From positions 62,001-126,000 of the forward strand of contig JAXGZF010000005.1 in assembly GCA_040771865.1 (NCBI GenBank): 64,000 nt of DNA. Direction: 5' to 3'. The first letter of the stretch is position 1. Every line of letters begins with the position of its first letter. The notes beneath the pieces were generated by a model. It worked only from the letters and a program-made list of their open reading frames with translations. It was not told the origin of the DNA and ran no database searches. Source of the DNA: Desulfobacterales bacterium. GTDB taxonomy: Bacteria > Desulfobacterota > Desulfobacteria > Desulfobacterales > UBA2245. Below, one piece after another: positions 42,305 to 52,728 of this stretch. A program made the position numbers and the translations under genes.

Positions 42305-42503
42305 TTTTTAAGGATTTACTCCGATCTCTGAGGATCGGCATGCTCCCGGCCGGGAAGGGGTGACCTGAAACCCCTTCCCGTGCATTTTTGTACTGCGACG
42401 ATGCAATTCATCCCTTCTGTTGAACAAAATTTCATATTCGTGTAGACAAGTTCTGTTGTCGATATGGGCGGCAGACACATCAACTTTGATTCTGAGGAAA
42501 TTT

Positions 42504-43136
42504 ATGCGTGAAATTTTTATCAGCGGCGGTCCGGTAATGTATCCGCTGCTTCTGTGTTCCATTATGGTGCTGACCGTTGTCATTGACCGGTTGATTTTCT
42601 GGTTCCGGGTGGACCTGAACCGAAACCGGCCCCTGGTGGACGAAATTCTCGAGCTGAGCCGCAAAGGAGATTGGGAGGCGGTCAGAACCCGCGCGATTCA
42701 GAACAGGGATTATGTGGTCCGCATCCTGGTGACGGGCATTCTGCATCGCGAATTTTCCATGACCAAGGCCATGGAATCGGCTGCGGCGGATGAGATTCGA
42801 CGCATGCGCCGTTTCATGGGGGTGCTGGACACAATGATCACGGTGGCGCCGCTGCTGGGAATTTTTGGAACCGTGACGGGCATCATTACCTCCTTTGAGA
42901 TGCTCGGCTCAACAGGCATCGAGCATCCTCAAGCCGTAACCGCCGGAATCGCCCAGGCTCTGATTACGACTGCCGCCGGCCTGGGAATCGCCATCCTGTC
43001 CGTTTTTCCTTACAATTATTTCAACTCGCGGGTGGACCGCGCTGCCCAGAATATCGAAAAATACGCCACCAGCCTTGAAATCGTCTATGAAAAGATCGTG
43101 TATACCAATGGAACAACAGGGGAGAAGGATCGGTGA
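42504..43136 (+). CDS. exbB: ExbB/TolQ proton-channel protein
   Basis: APLLGIFGTVTG, GIAQALITTAAGL. Confidence 0.88.
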   Translation: MREIFISGGPVMYPLLLCSIMVLTVVIDRLIFWFRVDLNRNRPLVDEILELSRKGDWEAVRTRAIQNRDYVVRILVTGILHREFSMTKAMESAAADEIRRMRRFMGVLDTMITVAPLLGIFGTVTGIITSFEMLGSTGIEHPQAVTAGIAQALITTAAGLGIAILSVFPYNYFNSRVDRAAQNIEKYATSLEIVYEKIVYTNGTTGEKDR

Positions 43137-43543
43137 AGGTCAAGATCGATGATCGCAGACGTGCCCGCATTGAGATGCTTCCTCTGATCGACATCGTGTT
43201 TCTGCTGCTGGTATTTTTTATTTACGCCATGATGTCCATGGCCGTGCATCGTGGGATGAACGTCGCTCTGCCGGAATCTTCGACGGCCGGCAACGAAAAA
43301 AACCCGAAGATATCCGTGTCGGTAACGGCGGACGGATCGGTTTATGTGGACAAGGCGTCGGTTTCACCGGAATCTTTGACGGCGGTTTTGAAGGAAAAGG
43401 CCGCCGGCGACGGGCAGGCAGGCGCCATGCTTTTTGCGGACCGCGAACTGCCTTATCAGACGTTGTTTCGCGTTCTGGACCAGATTCAAATGGCCGGTAT
43501 CACAAAAATCTCTCTTCAAGCCAGGGCGGAACACCACCCGTGA
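43133..43543 (+). CDS. exbD: ExbD/TolR protein
   Basis: PLIDIVFLLLVFF, AD..LPY. Confidence 0.9.
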   Translation: MKVKIDDRRRARIEMLPLIDIVFLLLVFFIYAMMSMAVHRGMNVALPESSTAGNEKNPKISVSVTADGSVYVDKASVSPESLTAVLKEKAAGDGQAGAMLFADRELPYQTLFRVLDQIQMAGITKISLQARAEHHP

Positions 43544-44223
43544 GACGCCTGCTTTTTGCAGCCCTTGCGGCGGTCGGAATTCACGGCCTGTTGTTTGTCT
43601 GGGAGTTTGATCTGACGGTCGCTCCACATCGGCATGAGCCAGAGTCCCGTACGCTGAATATGATTCTGATATCCCCGGTGCCGGAAAAGCCGGCGGTCAA
43701 ACCGCTTGAACATCCCCGGAATTCTTTGCCGCGAGCGCCGGTTCCTCCTCCCCCGAAGCAAAAAGCCCCGAAACCCGTTCAGCCGGTCCAAAAACCGCCG
43801 GCGACACCCGCTTCGACCGAGCGGCCTTCGGAAGAATCCATTGCGGCGCCTGAGACGCAGCCTCAAGTCCTTCCGCAGGCCGAAGCTTTCGAACCGGTCC
43901 GGCCAGAGCTGTCTGAACGATCCGGTTCCGAGAACCTTTCGAACGTTGTGCGTGAAGCGGTCCCCATGTACCGGAGCAACGCGCCGCCGGACTATCCCCG
44001 CTCGGCACGGAAAAGAGGATGGGAGGGAACTGTCATTCTGGAAATCCTGGTGGATGTCGAAGGCAGCGCCAAAGACATTCGGATTAATGAATCCAGCGGA
44101 TATGATATTCTGGATGAGGCGGCCGCGTCGGCGGCAAAGAAATGGATGTTCGTACCCGGAATGAGAGGCGATGCTCCCGTGGAAATGTGGGTTCGCGTGC
44201 CTGTGACCTTTCAGCTGCAATAA
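43540..44223 (+). CDS. tonB: Energy transducer TonB
   Basis: TM anchor, Pro-rich linker, YP..AR..G.EG and SSG..ILD.AA C-terminal domain. Confidence 0.9.
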   Translation: MRRLLFAALAAVGIHGLLFVWEFDLTVAPHRHEPESRTLNMILISPVPEKPAVKPLEHPRNSLPRAPVPPPPKQKAPKPVQPVQKPPATPASTERPSEESIAAPETQPQVLPQAEAFEPVRPELSERSGSENLSNVVREAVPMYRSNAPPDYPRSARKRGWEGTVILEILVDVEGSAKDIRINESSGYDILDEAAASAAKKWMFVPGMRGDAPVEMWVRVPVTFQLQ

Positions 44224-44431
44224 TTCGAGGATTCTTTTCGTCATTTCGACCTTTCTTGTCAGGGCTGGCATTTCAAACAGATTGGCTTGAAACAGCAGTC
44301 TTTGCATGCGCCGATCTTCTGCCTGATTTTGATTCCGGCTTGCAAAAAACTCAGAAACCCGTATGATGACAGGTATTTTATGGCTTGAGTGCAAATGCGC
44401 TCACCGTCGGCAGCATACAAGGAGAAGAAGC

Positions 44432-45865
44432 ATGCCCCATCAGCCTTCGGGTTTCCAATCGGATCACCCCAAATTTCTGACTTCCACACGGTTTACCGAA
44501 TTTAATCTGTCTCAGGAGGTCATGATGGGAATTTCCGATGCGGGTTTTGATTTCTGTACACCCATTCAGGCTCAGGTGCTTCCTGTCGCTTTAGCCGGAA
44601 AGGATGCCGCGGGCCAGGCTCAGACCGGAACGGGCAAGACAGCGGCCTTTCTCGTGACGGTATTTGCCCGCATTATGGGGTCGAAGCCGGGCAGAGCCGG
44701 CCGGCCTTCTGCCCTGATTCTGGCGCCCACCCGGGAACTGGCCCTTCAGATTTACAACGAGGCCTGCCTGCTTGGGCGTCATACGGGGTTGGTCGCCGTA
44801 CCCGCCGTGGGCGGCATTGATTATCGAAAACAGGCCGATGATCTGAAAAAAGGGGCTGATATCGCAATCTGCACGCCCGGCAGACTCATCGATTTCATGA
44901 AACAGGGGATTTTTCAAACCGCCGGCATTCGCATCGTTGTGATCGACGAGGCCGACCGATTGCTGGATCTGGGCTTTGCAAAAGACATCCGCTATATTCT
45001 GCGAAAACTTCCCCATTATGATCAGCGGCAGACGCTTTTGTTTTCCGCCACACTGTCTTACCGGGTCCTGGAACTGACCTATGATTTCATGAATCTTCCG
45101 GAGTTTATATCGGTCACGCCGGACAAGGTAACTGTGGAAGGCATCGAACAGGTGCTGTATCACCTGGGGCGCGAGGACAAGCTTCCTTTTATTCTAGGCT
45201 TTTTGAAAAATGAGGAATGGAGCAGAATTCTGATCTTTTCGAACACCCGTCATGAGGTCGTTCGCCTGGCTGAGAGACTTCAGGCCAACGGATGGGAAGC
45301 CCAGGGAATCACCGGCGATCTGGATCAGCGAAAGCGGCTTCGGCTGATGGAAAAATTCAAATCCGGGGAAGTGCGGATTCTGGTGGCGACCGATGTGGCC
45401 TCCAGAGGAATTCATGTGGAAGACGTCAGCCACGTGATCAACTACGATATTCCTCAAGACCCCGAAAACTACATCCACCGCATCGGGAGAACCGCCCGGG
45501 CCGGAAAATCCGGATGCGCTGTCACCCTGGCCTGTGAAGCATACGTCTATTATCTGGAGGCGGTGGAAGATCTTCTGGGTTATAAAATTCCGGTCGGATG
45601 GGTGGAGGAGGACCGGTTGATTCCGGATCGATCTCCGGCGCCCGAAAAGCGACGCTGGAAAAAGTCGGGGACGCCAGCAGCAAAACCGGCTGTAAGGTCT
45701 AAAGCTCGAAGACCGCGAAGGTCCGGGGTGAATTCAAAACAGGGCGCGCCGATTGCTAAAACGTCGAAACCGGATCCGGTTTCCCGGAATGGTCCGGGAA
45801 CGGGTCGCCGGAGAAAACAAGGTCGCCGTTCAAATCAAAAAACAAAAAGTCCAAACTTAGCATAG
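44432..45865 (+). CDS. DEAD-box RNA helicase (RhlB-like)
   Basis: AQTGTGKT, PTRELA, DEAD, SAT, HRIGRTAR, basic tail; probable start ATG 44432. Confidence 0.92.
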   Translation: MPHQPSGFQSDHPKFLTSTRFTEFNLSQEVMMGISDAGFDFCTPIQAQVLPVALAGKDAAGQAQTGTGKTAAFLVTVFARIMGSKPGRAGRPSALILAPTRELALQIYNEACLLGRHTGLVAVPAVGGIDYRKQADDLKKGADIAICTPGRLIDFMKQGIFQTAGIRIVVIDEADRLLDLGFAKDIRYILRKLPHYDQRQTLLFSATLSYRVLELTYDFMNLPEFISVTPDKVTVEGIEQVLYHLGREDKLPFILGFLKNEEWSRILIFSNTRHEVVRLAERLQANGWEAQGITGDLDQRKRLRLMEKFKSGEVRILVATDVASRGIHVEDVSHVINYDIPQDPENYIHRIGRTARAGKSGCAVTLACEAYVYYLEAVEDLLGYKIPVGWVEEDRLIPDRSPAPEKRRWKKSGTPAAKPAVRSKARRPRRSGVNSKQGAPIAKTSKPDPVSRNGPGTGRRRKQGRRSNQKTKSPNLA

Positions 45866-45877
45866 GTCTTTGAGGCA

Positions 45878-46204
45878 ATGCCTGTCGCGGAGGATGGAGT
45901 GACACTTACGAGTTTGCAGAAAAAATATCTCAGGTCCCTGGCGCATGGACTTAAGCCTGTTGTGTTCATTGGCCAAAAAGGAGTCTCCGATACGCTGATT
46001 CAGGCAGTGGATTTGGCCCTGACCGATCATGAACTGATCAAGGTCAGGTTCAACGAATTCAAGGAAAAGCCGCAAAAGTTAAACATAATCGAGGAACTTG
46101 AGAAAAACTGTAAATGTCAACTGGCGGGGCTGATCGGTCATAAGGCGATTTTATTTCGCCTAAATTCAGATCCGGACCGGCGTAAAATCATGCTGCCCGA
46201 ATGA
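45878..46204 (+). CDS. yhbY: CRM-domain ribosome-assembly RNA-binding protein
   Basis: LRSLAHGLKPVV.IGQKG, HELIKV. Confidence 0.88.
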   Translation: MPVAEDGVTLTSLQKKYLRSLAHGLKPVVFIGQKGVSDTLIQAVDLALTDHELIKVRFNEFKEKPQKLNIIEELEKNCKCQLAGLIGHKAILFRLNSDPDRRKIMLPE

Positions 46205-46310
46205 CCCTCGATGGAATCGCCATCGGCCGGCGCCAAATGGACGCCTTAAAGGTCTTCGGGCCCGATGTCTAAACCCCTCGAAGCATCTCGAGTCGTACGA
46301 TTCTCCTGTA

Positions 46311-48563
46311 TCATGCGTGCTCTTTCAAATAGCGGTAAAGCCCGGGATGGGTGCATACCTCGTAGTATTTTTGGCCGGTCGACCGGACCGGCTTCAGCGT
46401 TTCCGGAGACACCACTAAAATATCGTCCTCCCGAATAATCAACCGCTGATACTGTCCGGTAGCTGTAGGAAATATGCCAGTGTAAATCCGGATTTCGTCT
46501 TCCTGTATTTCGGGAACTCGGCAGGAAATAAATTTCAGATCGATCTCTCGGGCCAGTTTTTCAAATCCGTCTGCGTTCAGCTCAATACCATTAACGTTAT
46601 ATCTAAGAATCTGGTCATCTAAGGTTCCGTTTTCCTGATCGGATGCTGTATAAAAAATATAGAGATTGAAAGGGGCTGAACGATTTTCGATATGCTTGCG
46701 AATCCTTTTGGAACAGCTCGCCATACGGTCGGCCAGATTGATTGCCGGGGATATCATGATCGGTTTTTCGGCATCAAAGAGATAGGTCGGAGGCGCATCG
46801 TTAAAGCTGATTCCGATGCCGATCTCCAAGGGTGGCAAATGATAGGTTTTGTTCCTCTGGTTGTAATGCCCAACGATGGAAATCGTGTTCAGAGACAATC
46901 CGCAGGCGCGTGCTACCGCATACCATCCGCGGGGAGAATCTTCCCGTTCAAATATGGACAGAATCAGCGCATCGCCTTCTATAAAAACCTTTCCCGCTCC
47001 GTACCGGGGCAGGATGTTGGAGATGGGATCAAAAAAAGTCAGGCTGAAATAGGATGCCGGATTCAGCCCGGTTTCTTTCATTTGTTGCGTAATTTCCGTT
47101 GATCCACGGACATCGGCCTTTAAGATTACGTGATTGATGATCTGCTTTTCTTCCAGACGCTGTTCATGGGGCAACAAAAACTCGTACAACGATCGGTTCG
47201 CTCTGGAAAGATGAATGGTTTTTTCATCAAGATTCAGATTGATCCGGTCCATGACGTTTTGAATAATCTGCTGGTTGGTCCGGTCCCGGTGATAGGTCAG
47301 AAGCCTTGTCAGAAATTCGATGAGGTATTGTTTGCGTTTTTTCCTTGAAATCAGTTGAATCCGGTCCGCCATCTTCAACAGAGGTTTCAGGGATACAACT
47401 TCTCCGGTGATTTTCTGCAAACGTTCGATCCGGTCGTGAACCAGCCTTCTGCCTTTCCGGTCGATCAGATACTGCAGTACCAGCTGCGGGGCCAGGGGGG
47501 GGCAGTACTGATGGCAGATCGTTTTCATTTCAAAGATAGCCGAAATTCGTGGGATCAGGCCTTTTTTCCGAAACTCTCGGTAGAAAAAATCCAGGCATCT
47601 TTTCTGATTGCCGATACGGCTTTTTAAGGTGCGCAGATCTTCAGGAGATGCCCCGTTTTGAACCCGTTGTTTCAGATGCTCGGAGGTTTCGAAATAGTTC
47701 ATCAACAGGCCGATATTGTCTACCTGAAGCATCCATGCCTGAATTTCAGGATCCGACGAGGGCTTTGCGGTAGTATTGTGACCGGGCAATGGAGCGCTGT
47801 TCCTGGAGGCCAACTGTTCCATCAGTCCCTGAATTATTGAGACCAGGGGATCATAGCGATGGAGATCCTCGAAACGGTTGCCCAGCAGGACATAGTGCTC
47901 CATCATGAAAAAATCATCCGGATCTTTTGTATAAAGCAGCGGACCGGAAAAAAAATCGTCCGGCAGCAGATGCTCCGCGCCGAAATTGGATTTGCGGATG
48001 GATTTGAGCTCCGAGTTTTGCATTTCAACCAGATGGCCGAACAGTTCTTTACCGGATTGGATCAGGATCTGGCGTCGATTTCTGGATACCACCGTCAGCT
48101 CTTCCTTGAGCTTAATGGCGGCATGAGCGTCTTTAAAAGATTTTTCCTTTTGAAAGATCAGATGGCGGATTTGGTCCATCATCTTCTGAAACTGTTTTTC
48201 CAGCTCTTCGGTGAAAAATTTGACCAATGCCGCCTGGGCCATCAGATCGATTTGAATTTCCCTTTCTCGTTTTGCGAGGTTAAGGGCATCCAGAAGTACG
48301 TCTTTGCAAATTTGCTTGAATTCAACAACCTCCTGACCCCAACTCGACCTCCTGTCGGAATACAGAAAGATTTCCACCTCGGCGTGCCGGCAGACCAGAG
48401 CAAGAACAAAAGCGCCAGCCGCCTTTCGAAAGTCGTCGCTCAGATGCACATCGCAACGGATATTGTCCACTCCCATGCGGAGTCTGTCCATGGAGAAATC
48501 AACACGGTAGGATTTCAGAGGAAAATCCACGGCCTTAGGTATGGAGGAATAAAAAAGTTCCAT
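46311..48563 (-). CDS. Large helical protein with a C-terminal class III nucleotide-cyclase-like domain
   Basis: KADVRGST, IEGDA, EIGIGI, AINLADRM. Start is uncertain: 48563 is preferred over 48764, which collides with the divergent gene. Confidence 0.7.
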   Translation of the reverse strand: MELFYSSIPKAVDFPLKSYRVDFSMDRLRMGVDNIRCDVHLSDDFRKAAGAFVLALVCRHAEVEIFLYSDRRSSWGQEVVEFKQICKDVLLDALNLAKREREIQIDLMAQAALVKFFTEELEKQFQKMMDQIRHLIFQKEKSFKDAHAAIKLKEELTVVSRNRRQILIQSGKELFGHLVEMQNSELKSIRKSNFGAEHLLPDDFFSGPLLYTKDPDDFFMMEHYVLLGNRFEDLHRYDPLVSIIQGLMEQLASRNSAPLPGHNTTAKPSSDPEIQAWMLQVDNIGLLMNYFETSEHLKQRVQNGASPEDLRTLKSRIGNQKRCLDFFYREFRKKGLIPRISAIFEMKTICHQYCPPLAPQLVLQYLIDRKGRRLVHDRIERLQKITGEVVSLKPLLKMADRIQLISRKKRKQYLIEFLTRLLTYHRDRTNQQIIQNVMDRINLNLDEKTIHLSRANRSLYEFLLPHEQRLEEKQIINHVILKADVRGSTEITQQMKETGLNPASYFSLTFFDPISNILPRYGAGKVFIEGDALILSIFEREDSPRGWYAVARACGLSLNTISIVGHYNQRNKTYHLPPLEIGIGISFNDAPPTYLFDAEKPIMISPAINLADRMASCSKRIRKHIENRSAPFNLYIFYTASDQENGTLDDQILRYNVNGIELNADGFEKLAREIDLKFISCRVPEIQEDEIRIYTGIFPTATGQYQRLIIREDDILVVSPETLKPVRSTGQKYYEVCTHPGLYRYLKEHA

Positions 48564-48828
48564 GCGCTTTTCGAGTATGAAATTGGGCTCAAGGACGAAG
48601 TCAGAAAATTCAGATTCGAACCTACCACACGCCGAATAAAAATAAAATAATACTTTTGTATGTTTTTTGCTTCGTTGCTCCGTACGGGCAATATTTTTGA
48701 CAGGGATATGCTTTTCTTTTAAGATTGAAGCAAACTTTGCGTTTTGAACCGGTTTTGAATCCATGCCGGTTTATGGTGCGGCCCTTCGGTTAAAAATTAG
48801 CATGGACTTTCTGGATTCGGAGAACAGG

Positions 48829-49836
48829 ATGGACCTATCGAATTTAAAACCATCCGAAGCCGTCAAGTCGTCGATGATCGCCGGTATTGCCGTTTTGACG
48901 GCTCTGGCCGTTTTGGGCGTATGGATCGGCTACCGGCAGCTTCATTTTAATCCCGCTGTTCTGGCTATGCGGACCGAGGTGTCGGGAACGATTCCTGCTC
49001 TGCAAACGGATTCCCTGATTTTTCGGATTCCGGAAACACTTGTGGCTGCAGCGCCGGAACTCTATGATGACACTAACCTTTCGGACAAGATCAACGGAAA
49101 GGCGGAACTGTACCTTGCCGCGGGTTTCAGGTCGTTGACGGCTCGAAGGTTCAGTCCGACACAGATTCCCGACCAATGGGTGGAAGCGTTTTTTTACGAG
49201 ATGCGGGATGCATCCGCTGCCTTTTCCGTTTACAGCGTGCAGCGTCGCGAGGATGCAGCGCCTTTGAATGTGACTCGATATTCCTATGAGACATCGAACG
49301 CGCTTTTTCTGGCCCACGGCGTCTATTACATCGAACTGATTGCATCAGATGCTCAGCCGCCGCTTCAGGAAGCTGCAAGAAGCCTGGCGCGAGCCTTTGT
49401 GGCGTCGCATCGCGTTTCGGAAAACCAAATTACGGAGGCTGAAATTTTTCCCGATGCCTACCGGACTTCCGACGAGATCAAACTGCTCAGCGCGCCGGTA
49501 TTCGGATGCGAATTCCTGGACAAAATTTATACGGCCTTCTACGAGATTCAGGGCGATCGCATGACGGCTTTTCTATCCCGGCAGGACTCGGCGGACAGTG
49601 CCCGGAATCTGGCAATGCAATACCGGGAATTTCTGCTGCGTTTCGGGGCCCGTGAGCTGGATTTGAATCTCGATGTTCCCGGTGTGCACGTTTTGAAGAT
49701 ATTCGATGTTCTGGAAGCGGTTTTTACGTGGGGCCCTTATCTTGCCGGCGTGCATGAGGCTTCAAATGAGGATCGCTTGAAAATACTGGTCCAAACCCTT
49801 TATCATGGGCTTTCGGAGACCGGAGATGGGGCCTGA
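48829..49836 (+). CDS. Membrane-anchored exported protein (DUF6599-like)
   Basis: Single TM helix; LSDKINGKAELY and AFSVYS motifs. Confidence 0.6.
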   Translation: MDLSNLKPSEAVKSSMIAGIAVLTALAVLGVWIGYRQLHFNPAVLAMRTEVSGTIPALQTDSLIFRIPETLVAAAPELYDDTNLSDKINGKAELYLAAGFRSLTARRFSPTQIPDQWVEAFFYEMRDASAAFSVYSVQRREDAAPLNVTRYSYETSNALFLAHGVYYIELIASDAQPPLQEAARSLARAFVASHRVSENQITEAEIFPDAYRTSDEIKLLSAPVFGCEFLDKIYTAFYEIQGDRMTAFLSRQDSADSARNLAMQYREFLLRFGARELDLNLDVPGVHVLKIFDVLEAVFTWGPYLAGVHEASNEDRLKILVQTLYHGLSETGDGA

Positions 49837-50809
49837 AGAAGATCTGATTTCCCGGCGCAATTTCTTGGTCCGGGCGCTTAAGACCGGCCTGACGGGCACG
49901 CTGGTCGCCGGAGGCGGAATCCTGTTTTACGACCCGGACGGACCGATCCCCCCGGTTGTTCAAGCAGTCAGCTTTCCGGATTTTACCATTTCCGGAATCA
50001 AAAAAAAGCTGTGCATCGTTCATGGGCCGGACCGGAAAAAGAACCTTCGGTCTGCGTTTCAGGCCCTGGGGGGCATGGAGTCCTTCATTCGCCCTAAAGA
50101 CCGGGTTTTGATCAAGGTCAACGCCGCATTTGCCACGCCGCCGCAGCTGGGGGCGACCACGCATCCCGAACTGGTGAGCGAAACGGTCCGCATGTGCATT
50201 GAGTCCGGCGCCGCTTATGTGGCGGTGACGGACAACCCGATCAATGATCCGCAGAGCTGTTTTGAACTCACCGGTATCGGACCGGCAGCCCGTCAGGCGG
50301 GTGCGCATGTGATTCTGCCGGATCCCGGCGCTTTTGAGCTGCTGACCGTACCCAATGCCCGGCTGATTCGAAACTGGCCCGTTATGGTGGGCCCGTTCGA
50401 GGGGATCACCCGGGTCATTGGAATGGCGCCGGTTAAAGACCATCAACGCAGCGGCGCCTCCATGACGCTGAAAAACTGGTACGGCCTGCTCGGAGGCAGG
50501 CGAAACATCTTTCACCAGGACATTCATACCATCATTCAGGAGCTTTCCATCATGATCCGCCCGAGCCTCGTGATTCTGGACGGGGTCGTGTCCATGGTCC
50601 AGAACGGGCCAACCGGCGGGTCGTTTTCGGATCTGAGGCGGACCGACACCCTGATCGTCGGCACGGATCCGGTAGCCGTGGACGCCGTCGGCGCGGGTCT
50701 TCTGCAAAGATCTTTAGACCAGTTGCCTTTTCTTGAAAAAGCTGAGGCGGCCGGTGCCGGCACCGTGAACTATGAATCCTTAAACCCGATCAGAATCAAC
50801 GCCGGATAG
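49826..50809 (+). CDS. DUF362 protein with Tat signal
   Basis: SRRNFL; LIKVN, TTHPE, KDH..SGASMTLKN..G, DPVAVD. Confidence 0.8.
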   Translation: MGPEEDLISRRNFLVRALKTGLTGTLVAGGGILFYDPDGPIPPVVQAVSFPDFTISGIKKKLCIVHGPDRKKNLRSAFQALGGMESFIRPKDRVLIKVNAAFATPPQLGATTHPELVSETVRMCIESGAAYVAVTDNPINDPQSCFELTGIGPAARQAGAHVILPDPGAFELLTVPNARLIRNWPVMVGPFEGITRVIGMAPVKDHQRSGASMTLKNWYGLLGGRRNIFHQDIHTIIQELSIMIRPSLVILDGVVSMVQNGPTGGSFSDLRRTDTLIVGTDPVAVDAVGAGLLQRSLDQLPFLEKAEAAGAGTVNYESLNPIRINAG

Positions 50810-50818
50810 GATGCAGCC

Positions 50819-52684
50819 ATGGATATGCGGGTTGTGCGACGGGTCTGCCAGGTATTTTTTCTGATGCTTTTTTTGTGGCTTTGCGCGGTCATGACCCTTG
50901 GAGCAGGCTGGCGGCAGCTCCGAGGCTGGCCGGTTAACTGGTTTCTCCAGATCGACCCTCTGATCGGCCTGGAAACGCTTTTGAGCACCGGCCGTCTTTA
51001 CGGGGGCATGCTCTGGTCTCTGGCGGTGGTGTGGATGACCCTGGCTTTTGGCAGATTTTTCTGCGGATGGGTGTGCCCTCTGGGAACCTGCCAGCAGGCG
51101 GCCGGATACGCAGGCCGGCGGACTTTGTCCCTGGCCGGAAAAGTGGGGGTGAACCAATATCGCGGGGCCCAGAATCTGAAATACTGGATTCTGGCTGCAC
51201 TGACAGCGGCTGCCGCTGGATCCGGCATTTTGCAGGGCATGATTCATGTCCCCTGGCTTATTGCGATGATCGTCTGCATCGCGATAGGGTATTTTAGAGG
51301 CGTCAGCGCGTTTTACCTGGGTGTTGGTTTGATGCTGTTCTGGGCGCTGGTCGCCGTGTTTCAGACAATTGCACCCGGATTTTTACAGGTCGGCCTTTTG
51401 GATCCGGTCTGCCTGATGCAGCGGTTCGTCAATTTCGTGCTGCTGCCGCTGGCGGACGGCGGAATTGTCAATATGTATCCCGGAAACCGCTTTTACGCGC
51501 TGGGCTGGTTTTCCGCCGCAATGGTGGGATTTGCCGTAGCCGCCTCGGTGCGCATTCCGCGGTTTTACTGCCGATATGTTTGTCCCCTGGGAGCGCTTTT
51601 CGGTCTGATCAGCCAGGCATCGTTCTGGACCCTGTTCAGAAAGAACGTTCAATGCCGGAAATGCCGCGTCTGTGAAAAGGATTGCGAGGGGGCCTGTGAA
51701 CCTTCAGATCGGTTCCGGGTATCCGAGTGCGTGCTTTGCCTCAACTGCATGGCCTCATGCCCGGATGATGAGATCCGATTCGGAATCGCCCCCGGCCGCC
51801 ATCATCCCATCGATCTGGAACGTCGCCGGCTGCTGGGCGCCGTTGTGCTGGGAGTTGCGGCAGGTCCGGTAACGAGACTGGATCCTCTGAACGCGGCGGC
51901 CTGGAATCCGGAACTGGTCAGGCCTCCGGGCAGCCTGAATGAAGCCGAATTTCTGTCCCGGTGCGTAAAATGCGGGCAGTGTGTGCGTATCTGCCCCACC
52001 AACGTGATTCAGCCGGCCGGTATCGAATATGGCTTCAGCCGGTGGGCCACGCCGGTCCTGAATTTCCGGGCAGGCGCCAGCGGGTGCCAGCTCAACTGCA
52101 TTGCCTGCGGCCATCTTTGCCCGACGGCCGCCATCCGGCCTCTGGGACTGGATGAGAAAAAAGCTGTGCGCATCGGTACGGCTTTTGTGGATTGGGGCAG
52201 GTGCCTGCCATGGGCCATGGACCGGCCCTGCATTGTCTGCCAGGAAACCTGTCCGGTCAGCCCCAAGGCCATTTCAACCCGGATCCATTTCAGCTTTCTG
52301 GACCTGGGCACTCTGGCGGTTGAGGCTGTTGATGCTGCCGGCATTCACCTGAAAGACAGCGTTCTGCCGCCGGATCAGCTGGCTGGCGGAGATTATTACT
52401 GCGTAATCGGTCAGGATGGTTACTCGCGGATTCTGGCCAATACCGATCGCCTTCTGGTTCTGGAAGATTCGGGCATGCAACAGCCAAATTTCAAAGACCA
52501 TATCCGGATTGCGATCCGTCTTCAAAGGCCCGTGGTCGATCCAAATCGATGCATCGGCTGCGGAATCTGCCAGCACGAATGCCCGGTTCGCGGAAAACCG
52601 GCGATCTGTGTGACGGCGGAAAACGAATCCCGTCACCGGTCACATGCACTGCTGATTGCTGAACCTCGGTCCGGGCAGTCCTGA
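50819..52684 (+). CDS. Membrane polyferredoxin (NapH-like + NapG/MauM-like fusion)
   Basis: GRFFCGWVCPLG, CRYVCPLG, RPPG...CVKCGQCVRICP, several CxxCxxCP motifs. Confidence 0.85.
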   Translation: MDMRVVRRVCQVFFLMLFLWLCAVMTLGAGWRQLRGWPVNWFLQIDPLIGLETLLSTGRLYGGMLWSLAVVWMTLAFGRFFCGWVCPLGTCQQAAGYAGRRTLSLAGKVGVNQYRGAQNLKYWILAALTAAAAGSGILQGMIHVPWLIAMIVCIAIGYFRGVSAFYLGVGLMLFWALVAVFQTIAPGFLQVGLLDPVCLMQRFVNFVLLPLADGGIVNMYPGNRFYALGWFSAAMVGFAVAASVRIPRFYCRYVCPLGALFGLISQASFWTLFRKNVQCRKCRVCEKDCEGACEPSDRFRVSECVLCLNCMASCPDDEIRFGIAPGRHHPIDLERRRLLGAVVLGVAAGPVTRLDPLNAAAWNPELVRPPGSLNEAEFLSRCVKCGQCVRICPTNVIQPAGIEYGFSRWATPVLNFRAGASGCQLNCIACGHLCPTAAIRPLGLDEKKAVRIGTAFVDWGRCLPWAMDRPCIVCQETCPVSPKAISTRIHFSFLDLGTLAVEAVDAAGIHLKDSVLPPDQLAGGDYYCVIGQDGYSRILANTDRLLVLEDSGMQQPNFKDHIRIAIRLQRPVVDPNRCIGCGICQHECPVRGKPAICVTAENESRHRSHALLIAEPRSGQS

Positions 52685-52728
52685 TGCAACAACGGCTGAA
52701 AATTTAAATTGCATTTTTCAAAGATCAG

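Noticed and set aside
46311..48764. Pycsar-type anti-phage system
   Set aside because: No adjacent cNMP-binding TIR/TM effector and no defence-island context.
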